From Octopus bimaculoides (lineage: Eukaryota): a stretch of 64,000 nucleotides of DNA. The stretch lies in contig NC_069001.1 in the NCBI RefSeq assembly GCF_001194135.2, positions 3,304,502 through 3,368,501 on the forward strand, in the 5' to 3' direction. Each line of letters opens with the position of its first letter. Positions within the stretch are counted from its first letter, which is position 1. The position numbers were made by a program, and so were the translations under genes. Positions 52,436-64,000 of the stretch are shown here, piece after piece. The notes beneath the pieces were generated by a model. It did no database searches. It was given only the letters and a program-made list of their open reading frames with translations, and was not told the origin of the DNA.

Positions 52436-52640
52436 CTGTAATTTTGCATCATTTAAATTCTGTTTGTATTCTTTGAGTTTTGCGTCTGCATCCTTCAGCT
52501 GTGCCTGTCGTTTAAACAGAGTCTTTTCCAAGCATTTGATTTCATCTTGAAGTTTCAGCTGTTTCTTATAAGACTCTCGGTCTTCAAAGCTGGAGTCAGA
52601 TGAACTGTCAGTTTCTATGTAGTTGTGGGGGATGTGTTTC
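52436..52640 (-). CDS. CNTRL: Centriolin exon
   Basis: KHIPHNY...DEIKCLEKTLFKRQAQLKDAD...AKLQ versus human DEIECIEKTLLKRRSELREAD as recalled; weak donor CAG|gttcaa; phase 2-0. Confidence 0.85.
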
Positions 52641-52985
52641 CTTGAGAAGTAGAAACAGAAGAACAGGTAAAACTTAGCTGTAAAGAAGTTATCAAGACAC
52701 AAGAAATATTTCAGGGAGAAGAACAAAGTATGAAATTATCTTAGTCCTCTCTAATACATAACTACATTAAGTCATGTGCCTTCACATGGCTTAATATGAA
52801 GTGTTTGTCTCTAGACTTCTTGCACGAATCCACCACACTCATTCTTTCACCATAGCCACCAGCACAATGAAAACTGCCTTGCCTTCCCAATTAAAAGAAG
52901 GTGGCAGGGTAATATTCATGATAGACTCAGCCGATAACCGAAATCGTCCCACATGTGACAGCAGCTGTTTGACATAAGCCCACAG

Positions 52986-53034
<49 letters not shown>

Positions 53035-53121
53035 NNNNNNNNNNAAGGAGGAGGAGAAGAAAAAGAAGAAGAGGAGGAGCCAGTAAAAGTTAGATGCATA
53101 TGCTGTATAGCTCTAGTTTAC

Positions 53122-53282
53122 CGTTTCCTGTTCTGCAACGAAGCACGTTGTAGACGTAACAGTTCTTCTTTAGCCAGCTTATGGTCACACATCAGTTGTC
53201 TCTCCTCCTTCATCATCTTCTCCTGATTCCTCTTTTGACGTTCTATTGCCAAGTCCAAACCTTCCAGCTCATTCCGCCGTTC
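53122..53282 (-). CDS. CNTRL: Centriolin exon
   Basis: ERRNELEGLDLAIERQKRNQEK...SLQNRKR; phase 0-2. Confidence 0.85.
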
Positions 53283-53726
53283 CTAGAATATGCAAGATAG
53301 GTCAGAGTTTACACTAGGTTGTTAGGGAGAGGCTATCAGTAAGGGATACAGGTCCAGAAAAAAGGAGAAAGGTGTTAATGAAGATGACTATGGCAACAAT
53401 GATGATGATGATGATGATGGCGATGGTGATAAGGAGGCAAGGGGAAGGATAGTGAGGAAGGAGGGAGTTGTGATAATGATGATAATGTTGAAGTTGATAT
53501 CAAGGATAATGATGATGTTTATGATGAATATGATGATGATAAGGATGATGATGATGGTGATGATGATCATCATCATCATATTGATGAAGATGGTGAGATA
53601 TCAATGATGATGGTGATTATAATAATGATAACAACGATGTTGCCAATGATGACAACAATGATGTTGATGATGAATATGACGATGACCTCAGTGATAACAA
53701 TGATGATGAAGATGGTATCATCTTAC

Positions 53727-53798
53727 CTCCAGCTGTTCTTTCAGTTTGTACATCAACTTGCTCTTTTTCTGTAAAGTATCAGCTTCTTCCCTCTGCAT
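53727..53798 (-). CDS. CNTRL: Centriolin exon
   Basis: MQREEADTLQKKSKLMYKLKEQLE; phase 0-0. Confidence 0.85.
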
Positions 53799-54599
53799 CT
53801 GTCGGGAGGAATATCACAATTGAAGTAATTGAAGTTTAATGCAGCAGCCACAGGATATGTTATTAACAACCAGCATCTCATTTGAAGCAATTCACTGGTA
53901 ACTTTGAAGCAAATTTGGGAGACCACATAAAAGCACTGGTGATGGCGCCATGTAAAATGCATTGCTGCTGGTGCCTTGTGAAAAGTACTGGTGATGGTGC
54001 CACATAAAAAGCCCTGATACCACATAAAAAGCACTGGTGCTGGTGCCATGTGAAAAGTACTGGTGATGGTGCCACATAAAAGGCACTGGTGCCACATAAA
54101 AATCACTGGTGATGGTGTCACATAAAAACACTGGTGCTGGCTGGTTCTACATAAAAAGCACTGCCATGTAAGAAGTTCCCAGTACACTCTATGAAGTGGT
54201 TGGTATTAGGAAGGGCATCCAGTTGTAGAAACCATACCAAAGCAAACTATGGGACCTGGTTCAGCCCCTGGCCTTGCCAACTCCTGTCAAGCTGTCCAGC
54301 CCATGCCAGTATGAAAAACAGACATTAAATGAGGATGCTGATAATGATGATGATGATGAAAACATTTGTAAGTCTGAAAAATGTTATTCAGCCTTAGATC
54401 AGCAGTAATAAAGTCATTCCAGCTGTTCTTTTCTTCTAGAATAATATACCTTCGGCAATATTATCAGATGCAACCCTTTCATAATATGATTGGGTCTAGT
54501 TTGAAGGGACATTATGTCAGAATATATGGTTACCTGATAGAGGAGGCAGTGGGGGAAACAATAATATGAAATTAAAATCCAATATGAAATTATAATTGA

Positions 54600-55380
54600 T
54601 AAGTACACTAAATGACCACCACTGGAATTGACCAATAGAGTAAATTATCTAAATGGCCAACACTAATAGAGCAGTAAAATAGATTACCAACCCTGTAACT
54701 AACCACTACACTAAATGATTGCCACTATAATTGACCAGTAGAGTTAATGATCATCACTGGAATAGAGTAGTAAAATAAATTACCACTACTGTAACCGACC
54801 AGTAGATTAGATGACCACCAACCAACCAGTAGATTAAATGACCACCAATTATAACTGATTGATACGTCAAATGATCACCAACTGTAACTGACCATTATAG
54901 TAAATGACCGCCAACAGTTAGAGAATAGTAAAATAAATTCTCACCACTGTAACTGACCAATAAATTAAATGACCACCAACAATAATTAACAAACCATTAA
55001 ATGACTGCCAATATGATTCACCAGTAGGGTTAATGATCAGCAACAGTAATAGAGTAGGAAAATATTTTGCCATCAACCATATTTGGCCAGCAAATTAAAT
55101 TATTGCTACAGTAATTGACCAGTATATTTAATGACTATGAGCTAGAAAGAATCTAAAATGACTGCTGTTATATTTGAACAGTGCATGAAATGACCACCAG
55201 TGTAATTGTCACTGTAACAGACCAGTAAATTAAATGACCATCAACAGTTAACTGACCAGTAGATTAAATCGCTACCAACTGCAATTATCACCTCTGTAAT
55301 TGTACAGTGCATAAATGACCACTGTTATAGTTCAATAGTGCAAGAGATGACTTCCTGTGTAATTTTTAATGACCAATATA
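54600..55380 (+). repeat. Degenerate ~30-33 bp minisatellite (taaatgaccaccaactgtaactgaccagtagat-like)
   Basis: More than 20 diverged units over ~780 bp. Confidence 0.85.
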
Positions 55381-55671
55381 AGAGGAAATCATGGATAAAG
55401 TATCAGACAGTTAGTTCATAGCTCCTAGAGTTCATTTCCCATTGCAAGTGTTCAGTTTAGCCTCTAAGCTGTTGACCAAATATTACTTCGCCTGAGTATG
55501 GTGTGGATTACTACCAGGTCATCTAGGAATGTTACATAGAAAAAAAAAAGACTGGTGTCCTATCCAGGAGGAGAATGATTTTTCATCCACCAAACATTGG
55601 AGAATACTTAAAGTTAGGCAGTGGTCCTATGAATTCCCCATGGATTGGAAAAAAGAAAAAAATTACTTTAC

Positions 55672-55734
55672 CTGGTATTGAAACCTCGATTTCCATCGAG
55701 CCAGTTTCCGTTGTAGTTTGTTGACTAGATGTTC
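55672..55734 (-). CDS. CNTRL: Centriolin exon
   Basis: EHLVNKLQRKLARWKSRFQYQ; phase 0-0. Confidence 0.82.
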
Positions 55735-56474
55735 CTATCCAAACAGGAAAAAAAAAAAATGTCATTTTATCAATATCACTACAAGGTTATAATAATTGAT
55801 CTAATGTTTCAATATGCTTAAATATATCACCATAAAACAGCTCATTCACATTAATATTGTTTTAGCATCATAGAAGTATCGTGTCAACCATTTTAAAATA
55901 CATTCTTGCCTTGAAGAATTTTTAGCCAAATAAATTGACTCTAGCACTTATTTTTTGTTTCAAAGCCTGATAATTATTCCACCAGTGTCTTTTTACCAAA
56001 CTGCGAAGTTATGGGGACATACACAAACCAACACTGGTTGTTGAGCAGTAGTGGGAGACACACACACACACACACAAATATACACAACAGTCTTCTTTCA
56101 GTTTCTGTCAACCAAATCCACTCACAAAGTTTTGGTTGGCCTGAGACTTTAGCAGAAGAGACTTTCCCAAGGTGCCATGCAGTGGGACTGAACCTGTAAC
56201 CATGTGGTTGGGAAGCAAACTTCTTACCAGACAGCCATGCCTGTACCCATACTTCAAGTTCCGTGATTGGATAGTGTAGTAATCAGATAGGCTTGTTTAG
56301 TTTACAGTCTGGCAATTGTTCAGATTCTAAAACCTGAATGATTGCCAGATCAGGCATGATATGCCACACAAGTCTATCCAATTGCTGGATCATGCATAGC
56401 ATGTTATAAAGCCTTTACAATTACTGCACTATCAAAGCAGGAAACTTTAAATAGCTCACATATAACTCTTGTAA

Positions 56475-56532
<58 letters not shown>

Positions 56533-56566
56533 CAAAGGAAATATAGGAAAAGCCTAATAATTTTAC

Positions 56567-56673
56567 CAAATTGCTGTGTTCTGGAATATTACAGAACATT
56601 CCCTCATGTTCTGGATGGTAGAGTGTTCTAGAAGAAGGAAAAGTACGTTGCACATTTGATTCCAAAACAGTCT
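56567..56673 (-). CDS. CNTRL: Centriolin exon with the CNxPEH motif
   Basis: ...GMFCNIPEHSNL versus human VLHCNVPEHHNLE as recalled; phase 1-0. Confidence 0.88.
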
Positions 56674-57197
56674 CTGAAAGAGAATTTCAAATCTTAAGAA
56701 CATAACCCAATATATACATTCTATATACATTATATTTAAGCTTTAATCCTGACTGCTCTGATGAAATTTTTGCTAATGGTGTAACATGCTAATCATATGC
56801 AAATCATTTCTTATGACCACTTTCCGTTGGCCAGTAAAAATAAAATGTGTGTACTATATGATAGTGAAGGTGCATGGCTCAGTGGTTACAGTGTTGAGCT
56901 CACAATCACAAGGTAGTGAGTTCAATTCCTGGACTGGGCTGCATGTTGTGTATGCACATGCATATACACACATGTAAACATAAACATACATAATACATAC
57001 ATGCATGCATACATACATGTATGTATTGTATAGCAAGAAAATAAATAAATAAAAAAATTGAATAATAAGAACAAATTCAAGTTGAACTCTTAACCATGGG
57101 ATAAACATTAATCCAGCACCTTCACCTCACAACTACAATATTTCATATAATCTACGTTGCAGAAACAGCAACAACAAAAAATACTAAAAAAACCTAC

Positions 57198-58535
57198 TTA
57201 TTGGACTAAATTGTTTCCCATGTTGCCTTCCATAGTCTTTTGTGTGCAAGTTGACCGGTGAACTTGAAGCCACTGGTGGGCCAGGAATTGCTGTGTGGTA
57301 CTGTATGTTTCCATTTGGATGTATATGTGTCTGGACATCAGGTGGTACTTGAGGGTGGATTGGTGCTTGTACACTGTATAATTTCTGTGGTTCATTGTTT
57401 GCTGTTGTAAATATCTGCTGAGGCTGATAGCTTGACACAGCATGTAACTGTTGAGGTTGATGGTTTGATGCAGTATATGGTTGCTGTGGTTGATAGCTTG
57501 AAGTGTTATGTACCTGTTGTGGTTGATGGCTTGTCGTGTTATATAGCTGTTGAGGCTGCTGTGTTTGATAGTTTGTGGAATTATACAGCTGCTGTCTTTG
57601 GTTTGTTGTAGAATATAGTTGTTGTGGTTGCTGTTCTATTTCAGTATATAACTGTTGTGGTTGATGGTTTGTAACAGTATATAGTTGCTGTGGTTGATGG
57701 TTTACTGAGTGTCTATATGGCTCCCTGTATTGTGATCCTGAAGTAAACCTAATAGGGCGTCTAGGCAGAAGGGTTCCTGTTAAATTTGAACCTGCAGTAT
57801 CATGGCTTTCTGAAGTAGACTGAACAAATGGTTGTTTGAAAGATACTGTTTTCAGAGGATTATAATTTTGGTAGTGACTTCCAGTGGAATTTACTGGATG
57901 CATTGAGTTTTCAGGTTGTGTTAAATGTTCTTCAGCGCCAGCAGTTAATAAACATGAATTCTTCACAGGTTGTGAGGAAATCCTCTGTGTGATAACCCCT
58001 GCCTGAGTGTGATTCCTATGGTCTACCTTTTCAGGTGAAGCCACATACAATATTGGCTGTGTCTGCAGTGGTTGTATAATTTTAGGAGATGAAGTTACAA
58101 CCTCAGAAGGAAACTTTGTAGATACACCCTGCCAAGTGGGTGAATTACCAGATGAAATGATATCAGTAAGAAAGGGGTTTTGAGGAGCAATATCTAAATT
58201 TCTGTTTGTATGAGGGGTCAAATGTACTGTTGTTGATTTCTCTGGCACTAGGTGATTAGGTGCATCATACTGTTCTGCTTCATTGGTGAATTGCTGCACT
58301 GACTCACTCCCTACATGGTCTGGTTGCACCAATATACTGCCAAAGTTTGATGGCTGTTTTGAAGGTATGTAAGCCATATCCATTCTTCTGTCCTTACTGT
58401 TTACCAAGACAGGTTGGGGTTGGATATATACGTTTGTAGGAGGAGAGACTTGTTGAAGAGTTGGTGATAGTTCTGGAGGTACTTGTGGGGCAGCAGTCTG
58501 ATTGAATGGTGAAGGTGATATCTGGTAGTCTAAAG
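57198..58535 (-). CDS. CNTRL: Centriolin large low-complexity exon (1338 nt)
   Basis: Open frame through the 407-aa ORF plus 43 upstream codons; acceptor cttcag at 58536, donor ataa|gtaggt; phase 1-1. Confidence 0.82.
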
Positions 58536-59313
58536 CTGAAGAAAGATATTAAATTGTTTGTGAGATACATGGGTAAAAAAAATATAAAAATTAAATACAC
58601 AATATGCATATAATTATAAATACAGTAGTTGTGTAAAGCACACATGGTGGTGCCACATAGAAGTGCCCATGCGGCAGCACATAAAAGGCACCTGTGTGGT
58701 GCCATGTAAAAGTGCCCATGCAGTGCCATGTAAAAGCATCCAGTACACTCGGTAAAGTGGTTGGCATGTTAGGAAGGGCATCCAACCATAGAAACCATAC
58801 CAAATCAGAGTGGAATCTGGTGCACCCCCCCACCTCCTCCAGCTTGCCATTAACAACCATTAACAACCATATGACAGTGAAAATGCCTTAAGGCAGTGTT
58901 GTACATACAAAATACAAATATAACATGGTTTCACTTATGCAATATAGTGAAATGAAAAATCTTGGTTAACTGAGATTATCTATACAATTAGTAGGAAAAA
59001 ACTCCCTTTAGGTATATTTAAAATATTTAAAAAAACATGATAATTAAGGGAGATAATTCCTATAAGGTCAGCTGACTGAAATTGTTGGACGATATAGACA
59101 ATGTAGAATAGAGTGGATCTGCTCTTTAAAGTGAACTGGTGAAAATAATGGACATTTTTCAGTTTTATTAAACTTCACTCTTCCTTGAAGCATATTCTGC
59201 ACAGTCAACAAAACCAACAGTGACCAATAGATATATAGACATAGGGGGAAATGTAGTGACTTTTACAATACTGTTATTTGACAACAATAATAAATCATTA
59301 AAAGTAAGGTTAC

Positions 59314-59407
59314 CATTGTCACTTGGAAAAGCTTGAAATCCATTAAAATGACCCAGGTCATCAGAGATGTATTGAGTGTTGCTGACTTGTGGTAAAGTGG
59401 GTTGTGT
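59314..59407 (-). CDS. CNTRL: Centriolin exon
   Basis: TQPTLPQVSNTQYISDDLGHFNGFQAFPSDN; phase 0-1, which reconciles its neighbours. Confidence 0.72.
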
Positions 59408-59866
59408 CTGTAGAATATAATTATGGAAATATATAAACTATTTGGAAGTCCAGTGAGTTAAGATGATGGATAAAAAACAAAACACAAAAAAAATCTCAAA
59501 AAAACCGGTGTATTAAATAAAATAAATGTGGCTGGGTGGTAAGAAGTTTGATTCCTAAGTACATGGTACCTGGTTCAATCCCTTGGGCAAGTGTTTTCTG
59601 CAATAGACTTGATGCTCACCAAAGTCTTGTGAGTGCATTTGGTTGACAGAAACTGAAATAAACGCATAGTGTGTGTGTGTGTGTATGTGTCCATCACCAC
59701 CACTGACTGCTTGACAATCAGTGTTAGTTTGTTTATTTCCCCGTAACCAAGCATTTTGGCAACAGAGACCAATAGAATACTTACCAGGGCAAAGACCTGA
59801 AGCTTTAAATTTATTCACTGCTTATCATGAATCAGCCTACACCATAGCAGAATATATGCTACTAAC

Positions 59867-60009
59867 CTGAGGTAGATGGGGATCTGTTGAGGTACCTGTT
59901 GAAAATTTGGGCATATTTTCCATATAAGAAGATTGCATGGCTAGTGTCTCTCTCAAAGAGTTGACTTCATCACGAAGTCTGTTCACTTCTGCATCATAAG
60001 ATGGCCCTC
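59867..60009 (-). CDS. CNTRL: Centriolin exon
   Basis: GPSYDAEVNRLRDEVNSLRETLAMQ...PHLPQ; phase 1-0. Confidence 0.85.
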
Positions 60010-60950
60010 CTGGAAGAAAGAAAAAGAGAAAAAGAGGAAAGATTTGTTTGATGATATTCCTAAATCTTCCTTTACTGAAATTGTTAGGACCCTTAGTTTA
60101 AGGTCAGGAATTGGGATGCAAAAAGATTGGTTAATTTAAATGTGAGTTACATAGGTTACATAGGTGTAACATGGCTGCTTGGTCAAGAAGCTTGCTTTCC
60201 AGTAATGTGGTGTTAGGTTCAGTCCCACTGCACAATACCGTGGTCAAGTGCCTTCTATTGTAATACCAAGCTAGCCAAAGCTTTGTAAGTGCATCTGGTC
60301 AATGGAAACTAAAAGAAGCCCATCACACACACACACAGTTGTGGAACATTGAATGAAACAACTGGTTTATTTCAGTATAGTAAAGTTGTAAAAATTGTAA
60401 ATAATAAAATGTGAAAATCAGATTAAGTTGGAACTTCATTGATTCATACATTCTTCTGTACACAATCGTACAAGCTTCTGTGAGCCAAAGGCTTATAAGG
60501 CAAGTTTCCCAGATTCCGCAGTGTGTATATTCCTTCCCTGGATGGGACACTGGTCTGTAACAGGATTACTCATGCTTGCCAACTGAATGAACTGGAGCAA
60601 CGTGAAATGAAGTGTATTGCTCGGTGCTCCAGCATGACCACAGCCACTTGGCTGAAACCCATAAATAAATAAATAAATATGTATGTGTGTTTGCACATAG
60701 ATGCTTGCATACATACATATACACACACACATACATGCACACGTGTACATACATATATACATTCACACACACACATATGCTCACACTCACACACACACAC
60801 ACACATACACATGCATACATACATATATGCATTCACACACACACACATACGCTCACACTCACACACACACACATACACATGCATACATACATATATACAC
60901 ACACACATACATACATACATACATATCGGGCATAATGAACTTTTTCATAC

Positions 60951-61064
60951 TTGCGTCTGGGTTTTGGCCGTAAAGTTGATCTAAGCCACCATTCAAGTTA
61001 CTGATCTCGTCTCGCTGCTGTTCCAGAATGTTATACAGATGGCTCAGTTCTTCTTCTTGACCAG
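60951..61064 (-). CDS. CNTRL: Centriolin exon
   Basis: GQEEELSHLYNILEQQRDEISNLNGGLDQLYGQNPDA; phase 1-1. Confidence 0.85.
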
Positions 61065-61763
61065 CTGAAGGATTCCAAAAAGAAAAACAAACGGGTAGTC
61101 AGTTTTGGCAACTTCCTTCAGAAGAGGAGAACACAGAATTAGTTGTTGTTGTTGTTTAACCCAAGGTCACACCTAATTGAGTTGATCTATTATGAAAAGT
61201 ATTCTTATTTTATTTTGGAAGATGTCTATGTATGGAGTAAAGCAGTAAAGAATGACCATGGGATTGCATCTTCCTTGGTCATCTGTCTGGACTGTCTGCT
61301 GACAAGAGTGGAGGCACATATTGCTCAGCCATCTTTCAACACTCTGCAATTAATTACTGTCAAAAGCAGCCTTTTATAGGACACAAGAAGATTCTAGAAG
61401 ATTGAATCATGCAATGGCTTCATGCTGATTGGTTATTTAATACACTGACCACATGAAAGTTTTGCAACTTGATTATGGTGTCTGACCAGTTACCTAGTGG
61501 TTAGGTTTCAAATCACCACCACGCCTTTTGTTTTGTAAAGGGATAGACACAGTGCTTAAATATATTTCTAGCTATGCAATTCCTGAGAAAAGGTGGGGAC
61601 GATCATTGTTGGAAACACTTTTGATTATAGGTCAGCTCTTATTGAGCTGACCAAATAGTGTGGTGAGGAATAAACAGCAACAACAACAAAACAACAACAG
61701 CAGCAGTAACAATATCAACAAGAAAAGCATTAGTAAATAGCTAAAATTCATTTATGCACTGAC

Positions 61764-61911
61764 CAATCATTTGTTCTGACATGTTAGCATTTTCCATTTC
61801 CGACTGCAACTGTTTCTGGCGTTCATCAAGCAGTTTCTGGAGGTCATCAGCAGTTCTCCTGGCATTGTCCAAATCTTGAGAAATCACTTGGATACAAGCC
61901 TGTTGTTGAGC
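61764..61911 (-). CDS. CNTRL: Centriolin exon
   Basis: AQQQACIQVISQDLDNARRTADDLQKLLDERQKQL...; phase 0-1. Confidence 0.85.
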
Positions 61912-62210
61912 CTGGACGGGTAGCAGAACATAATAGAGAGTATTCTAATTAGTGTTATGTTGATTTGATACCAAATAGCTATTTCTAATTTTGGTAGAAG
62001 GACAGGAGTTTTGAGGGGAGTAGAGTGGAGGGGTGGGGCAATTGCATTAACCTCCAATACTTAACACTGAAAGGGTGAAAGACAAAGCTGGCCTCAGCAG
62101 GAATTGAACCACCAGATTGTAAATATCACAAAATACTTGAAGTATTGTGAGCCCAACGATCCAACCACTGAAGGGGGTCTTTACTTTTTAAGACTATTTA
62201 CTCTACTTAC

Positions 62211-62321
62211 TTTATGTAGATTGTTTTCCAATTGTTTCCCTTTTAATTCATCAGAATATTGTTGTTGTTGTTGTTTGGCTTGAGATTCCCAGTGTGCAGC
62301 ATGGGCTTCTGTGGCAGCGAG
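62211..62321 (-). CDS. CNTRL: Centriolin exon (most 5' exon found; the gene continues beyond the window)
   Basis: LAATEAHAAHWESQAKQQQQQYSDELKGKQLENNLHK; phase 0-0. Confidence 0.85.
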
Positions 62322-63839
62322 CTGGGGCAGGGAAAACAAGAAAACAAGGATTGTCAAGAGGATCTTGAAAGTGTTATATACATTATACATGATGCATGTA
62401 TTGTTCACACACACACACATACACACACACATACATACACGTATGTATATATTTATATCATATGAAATTAAATAACTAACTTGGGAACAGGAATTATGTA
62501 TTCAACTTCAGGCATAGACATGGTTGTGTCGTTAAAAAACTTGCTTCCCAACCACTTGATCTCAGGTTCAGTCCCACTGTGTGAAACCTTTTACTATAGC
62601 CTTGGGGCTGACCAATGCCTTGTGAGCGAATTTGGTAGATGGAAACTGTGTGGAAGCTCACCATACACACACACACATGTGTGTGTGTGTATAAGCAGTG
62701 GTGATGATGCCACATAAAAAGCACCCAGTACAATCTATAAAATGGTTGGTGTTAAGAAGGGCATCCAACTGCAGAAACCAACCCAAAACAAACTATGGAA
62801 CCTGGTGTGACCCCTGACCTTCCCAGCTCCTGTCAAGCCTGCAATCCATACCAACATGGAAAATGGACGTTAAATGACGATGATGATATTGTATGTGTGT
62901 GTGTGTGCGTGTGTGTGTGTGTTTATGTTTGTGTTTGGCCTCATCACTGCTTGACTACCATTGTTGATTTGTTTACATCCCCACAACTTAGTAGTTTGGC
63001 AAAAGAGACCAGACTTGCAAAAAAACATAAGTATTGAGGTCAAGTTGTTCAAGTAAAAACTCTTCGAGGCTGTATCTCAGAATGGCTGCAATCCAATGAC
63101 TGAAACAAGTAAAAGATAAAAGATAAAATGGAATGAATTATTTTTCTCTGAGAAAGAAGAGTAGGAGGAAAAAATTCTTTCCAGAATCATTAGAGTTTTT
63201 CTTCTTCCTCACAGAAAACAAATTGATTCCAGATTGTAAAATTTTTGTAATTTGTTACTATGCAATTAAGACTAATTAAAAACATCAGCAAATCTATGAA
63301 ATATTGCACTGTACTTTAAATTTCCATTCAGCTTGGTTTTATTGCCAGGCATGAAAAAGGATGTTGAAGAAGATGGTGGTAGTGGTGGAGATAGAAAGGA
63401 TGGTGGTGATGTTATCAGTGCTGGTTGAGATGCTGGTGTGGTAATGGTCGAGGTTGAAATAATCAGGCTGGTAATGGTGATGGTCATGGTTGTACTGATG
63501 GTAATGATGGTGACAAAAATGACGATGCTAATTGTAATGACAATGGTGATGATGATTGTGATACACAGCAATAAACTTCAGAAACTTCAATAAACCATTT
63601 ACAAGTAGTTCCTGTGTTTCCAAAGTTACGAGCAGGAGACATTAAATTATGAAGTAAAACATACACACCCACATACATCTATAATAATAAAATAAAAAAA
63701 GAAAATGGAAAGATGTTCTATCATCCCCTTGGGGCATTTGAACACTACACCTGCTGCAGACCATACAAATGTGCTAACCACTACATCAAAGCAACATCAC
63801 AATCCTTGATTGCCTTAATGATTATTGCACAGGAACCAA

Positions 63840-63892
<53 letters not shown>

Positions 63893-63913
63893 ATAGATAT
63901 ATATATATATTTA

Positions 63914-63969
<56 letters not shown>

Positions 63970-64000
63970 TATATATACCTAGCCAAGGATAAACCTCTGT

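Noticed and set aside
53753-54187. 144-aa ORF and neighbours with W/H/Q/C-rich repeats
   Set aside because: Derived from the dispersed GCACTGGTGCCACATAAAA repeat also seen near 24250, 25870, 58640 and 62700; the real exon here is only 53727-53798, in another frame.
59040-59200. Alternative CNTRL exon starting NMLQGRVKF
   Set aside because: No convincing donor; the exon at 59314-59407 resolves the phase better.
63603-63611. Possible 9-nt microexon (GAACTACTT) upstream of the first CNTRL exon found
   Set aside because: Poor pyrimidine tract and weak donor (CTT|gtaaat); the upstream phase cannot be checked in this window.

Overview
AT-rich, microsatellite- and SINE-dense eukaryotic genomic DNA with nine N-gaps. 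The repeat landscape suggests a coleoid cephalopod, probably Octopus (inference). Three spliced or partly spliced protein-coding genes can be read directly. (1) TMEM203, minus strand, single coding exon 147-554 (135 aa). (2) NDOR1, plus strand, 15 coding exons from 17440 to 30092 (586 aa, all splice phases consistent). (3) The 3' ~1500 codons of centriolin (CNTRL), minus strand, at least 24 exons from 62321 down to ~36400; its 5' part lies beyond the window end. TMEM203 and NDOR1 are head-to-head, as in human, with divergent candidate first exons around 13.9-14.7 kb. NDOR1 and CNTRL are tail-to-tail. Most interesting signals: a candidate 6-nt CNTRL microexon with two downstream TGCATG motifs, a 53-bp-arm intronic hairpin, a ~55-bp stem-loop array downstream of CNTRL, a GC-AG intron, and an 11-aa Gln/His/Tyr repeat in a 1338-nt exon. 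Orthologue comparisons are from recalled human sequences and need an alignment. No rRNA, true tRNA or CRISPR array was found.
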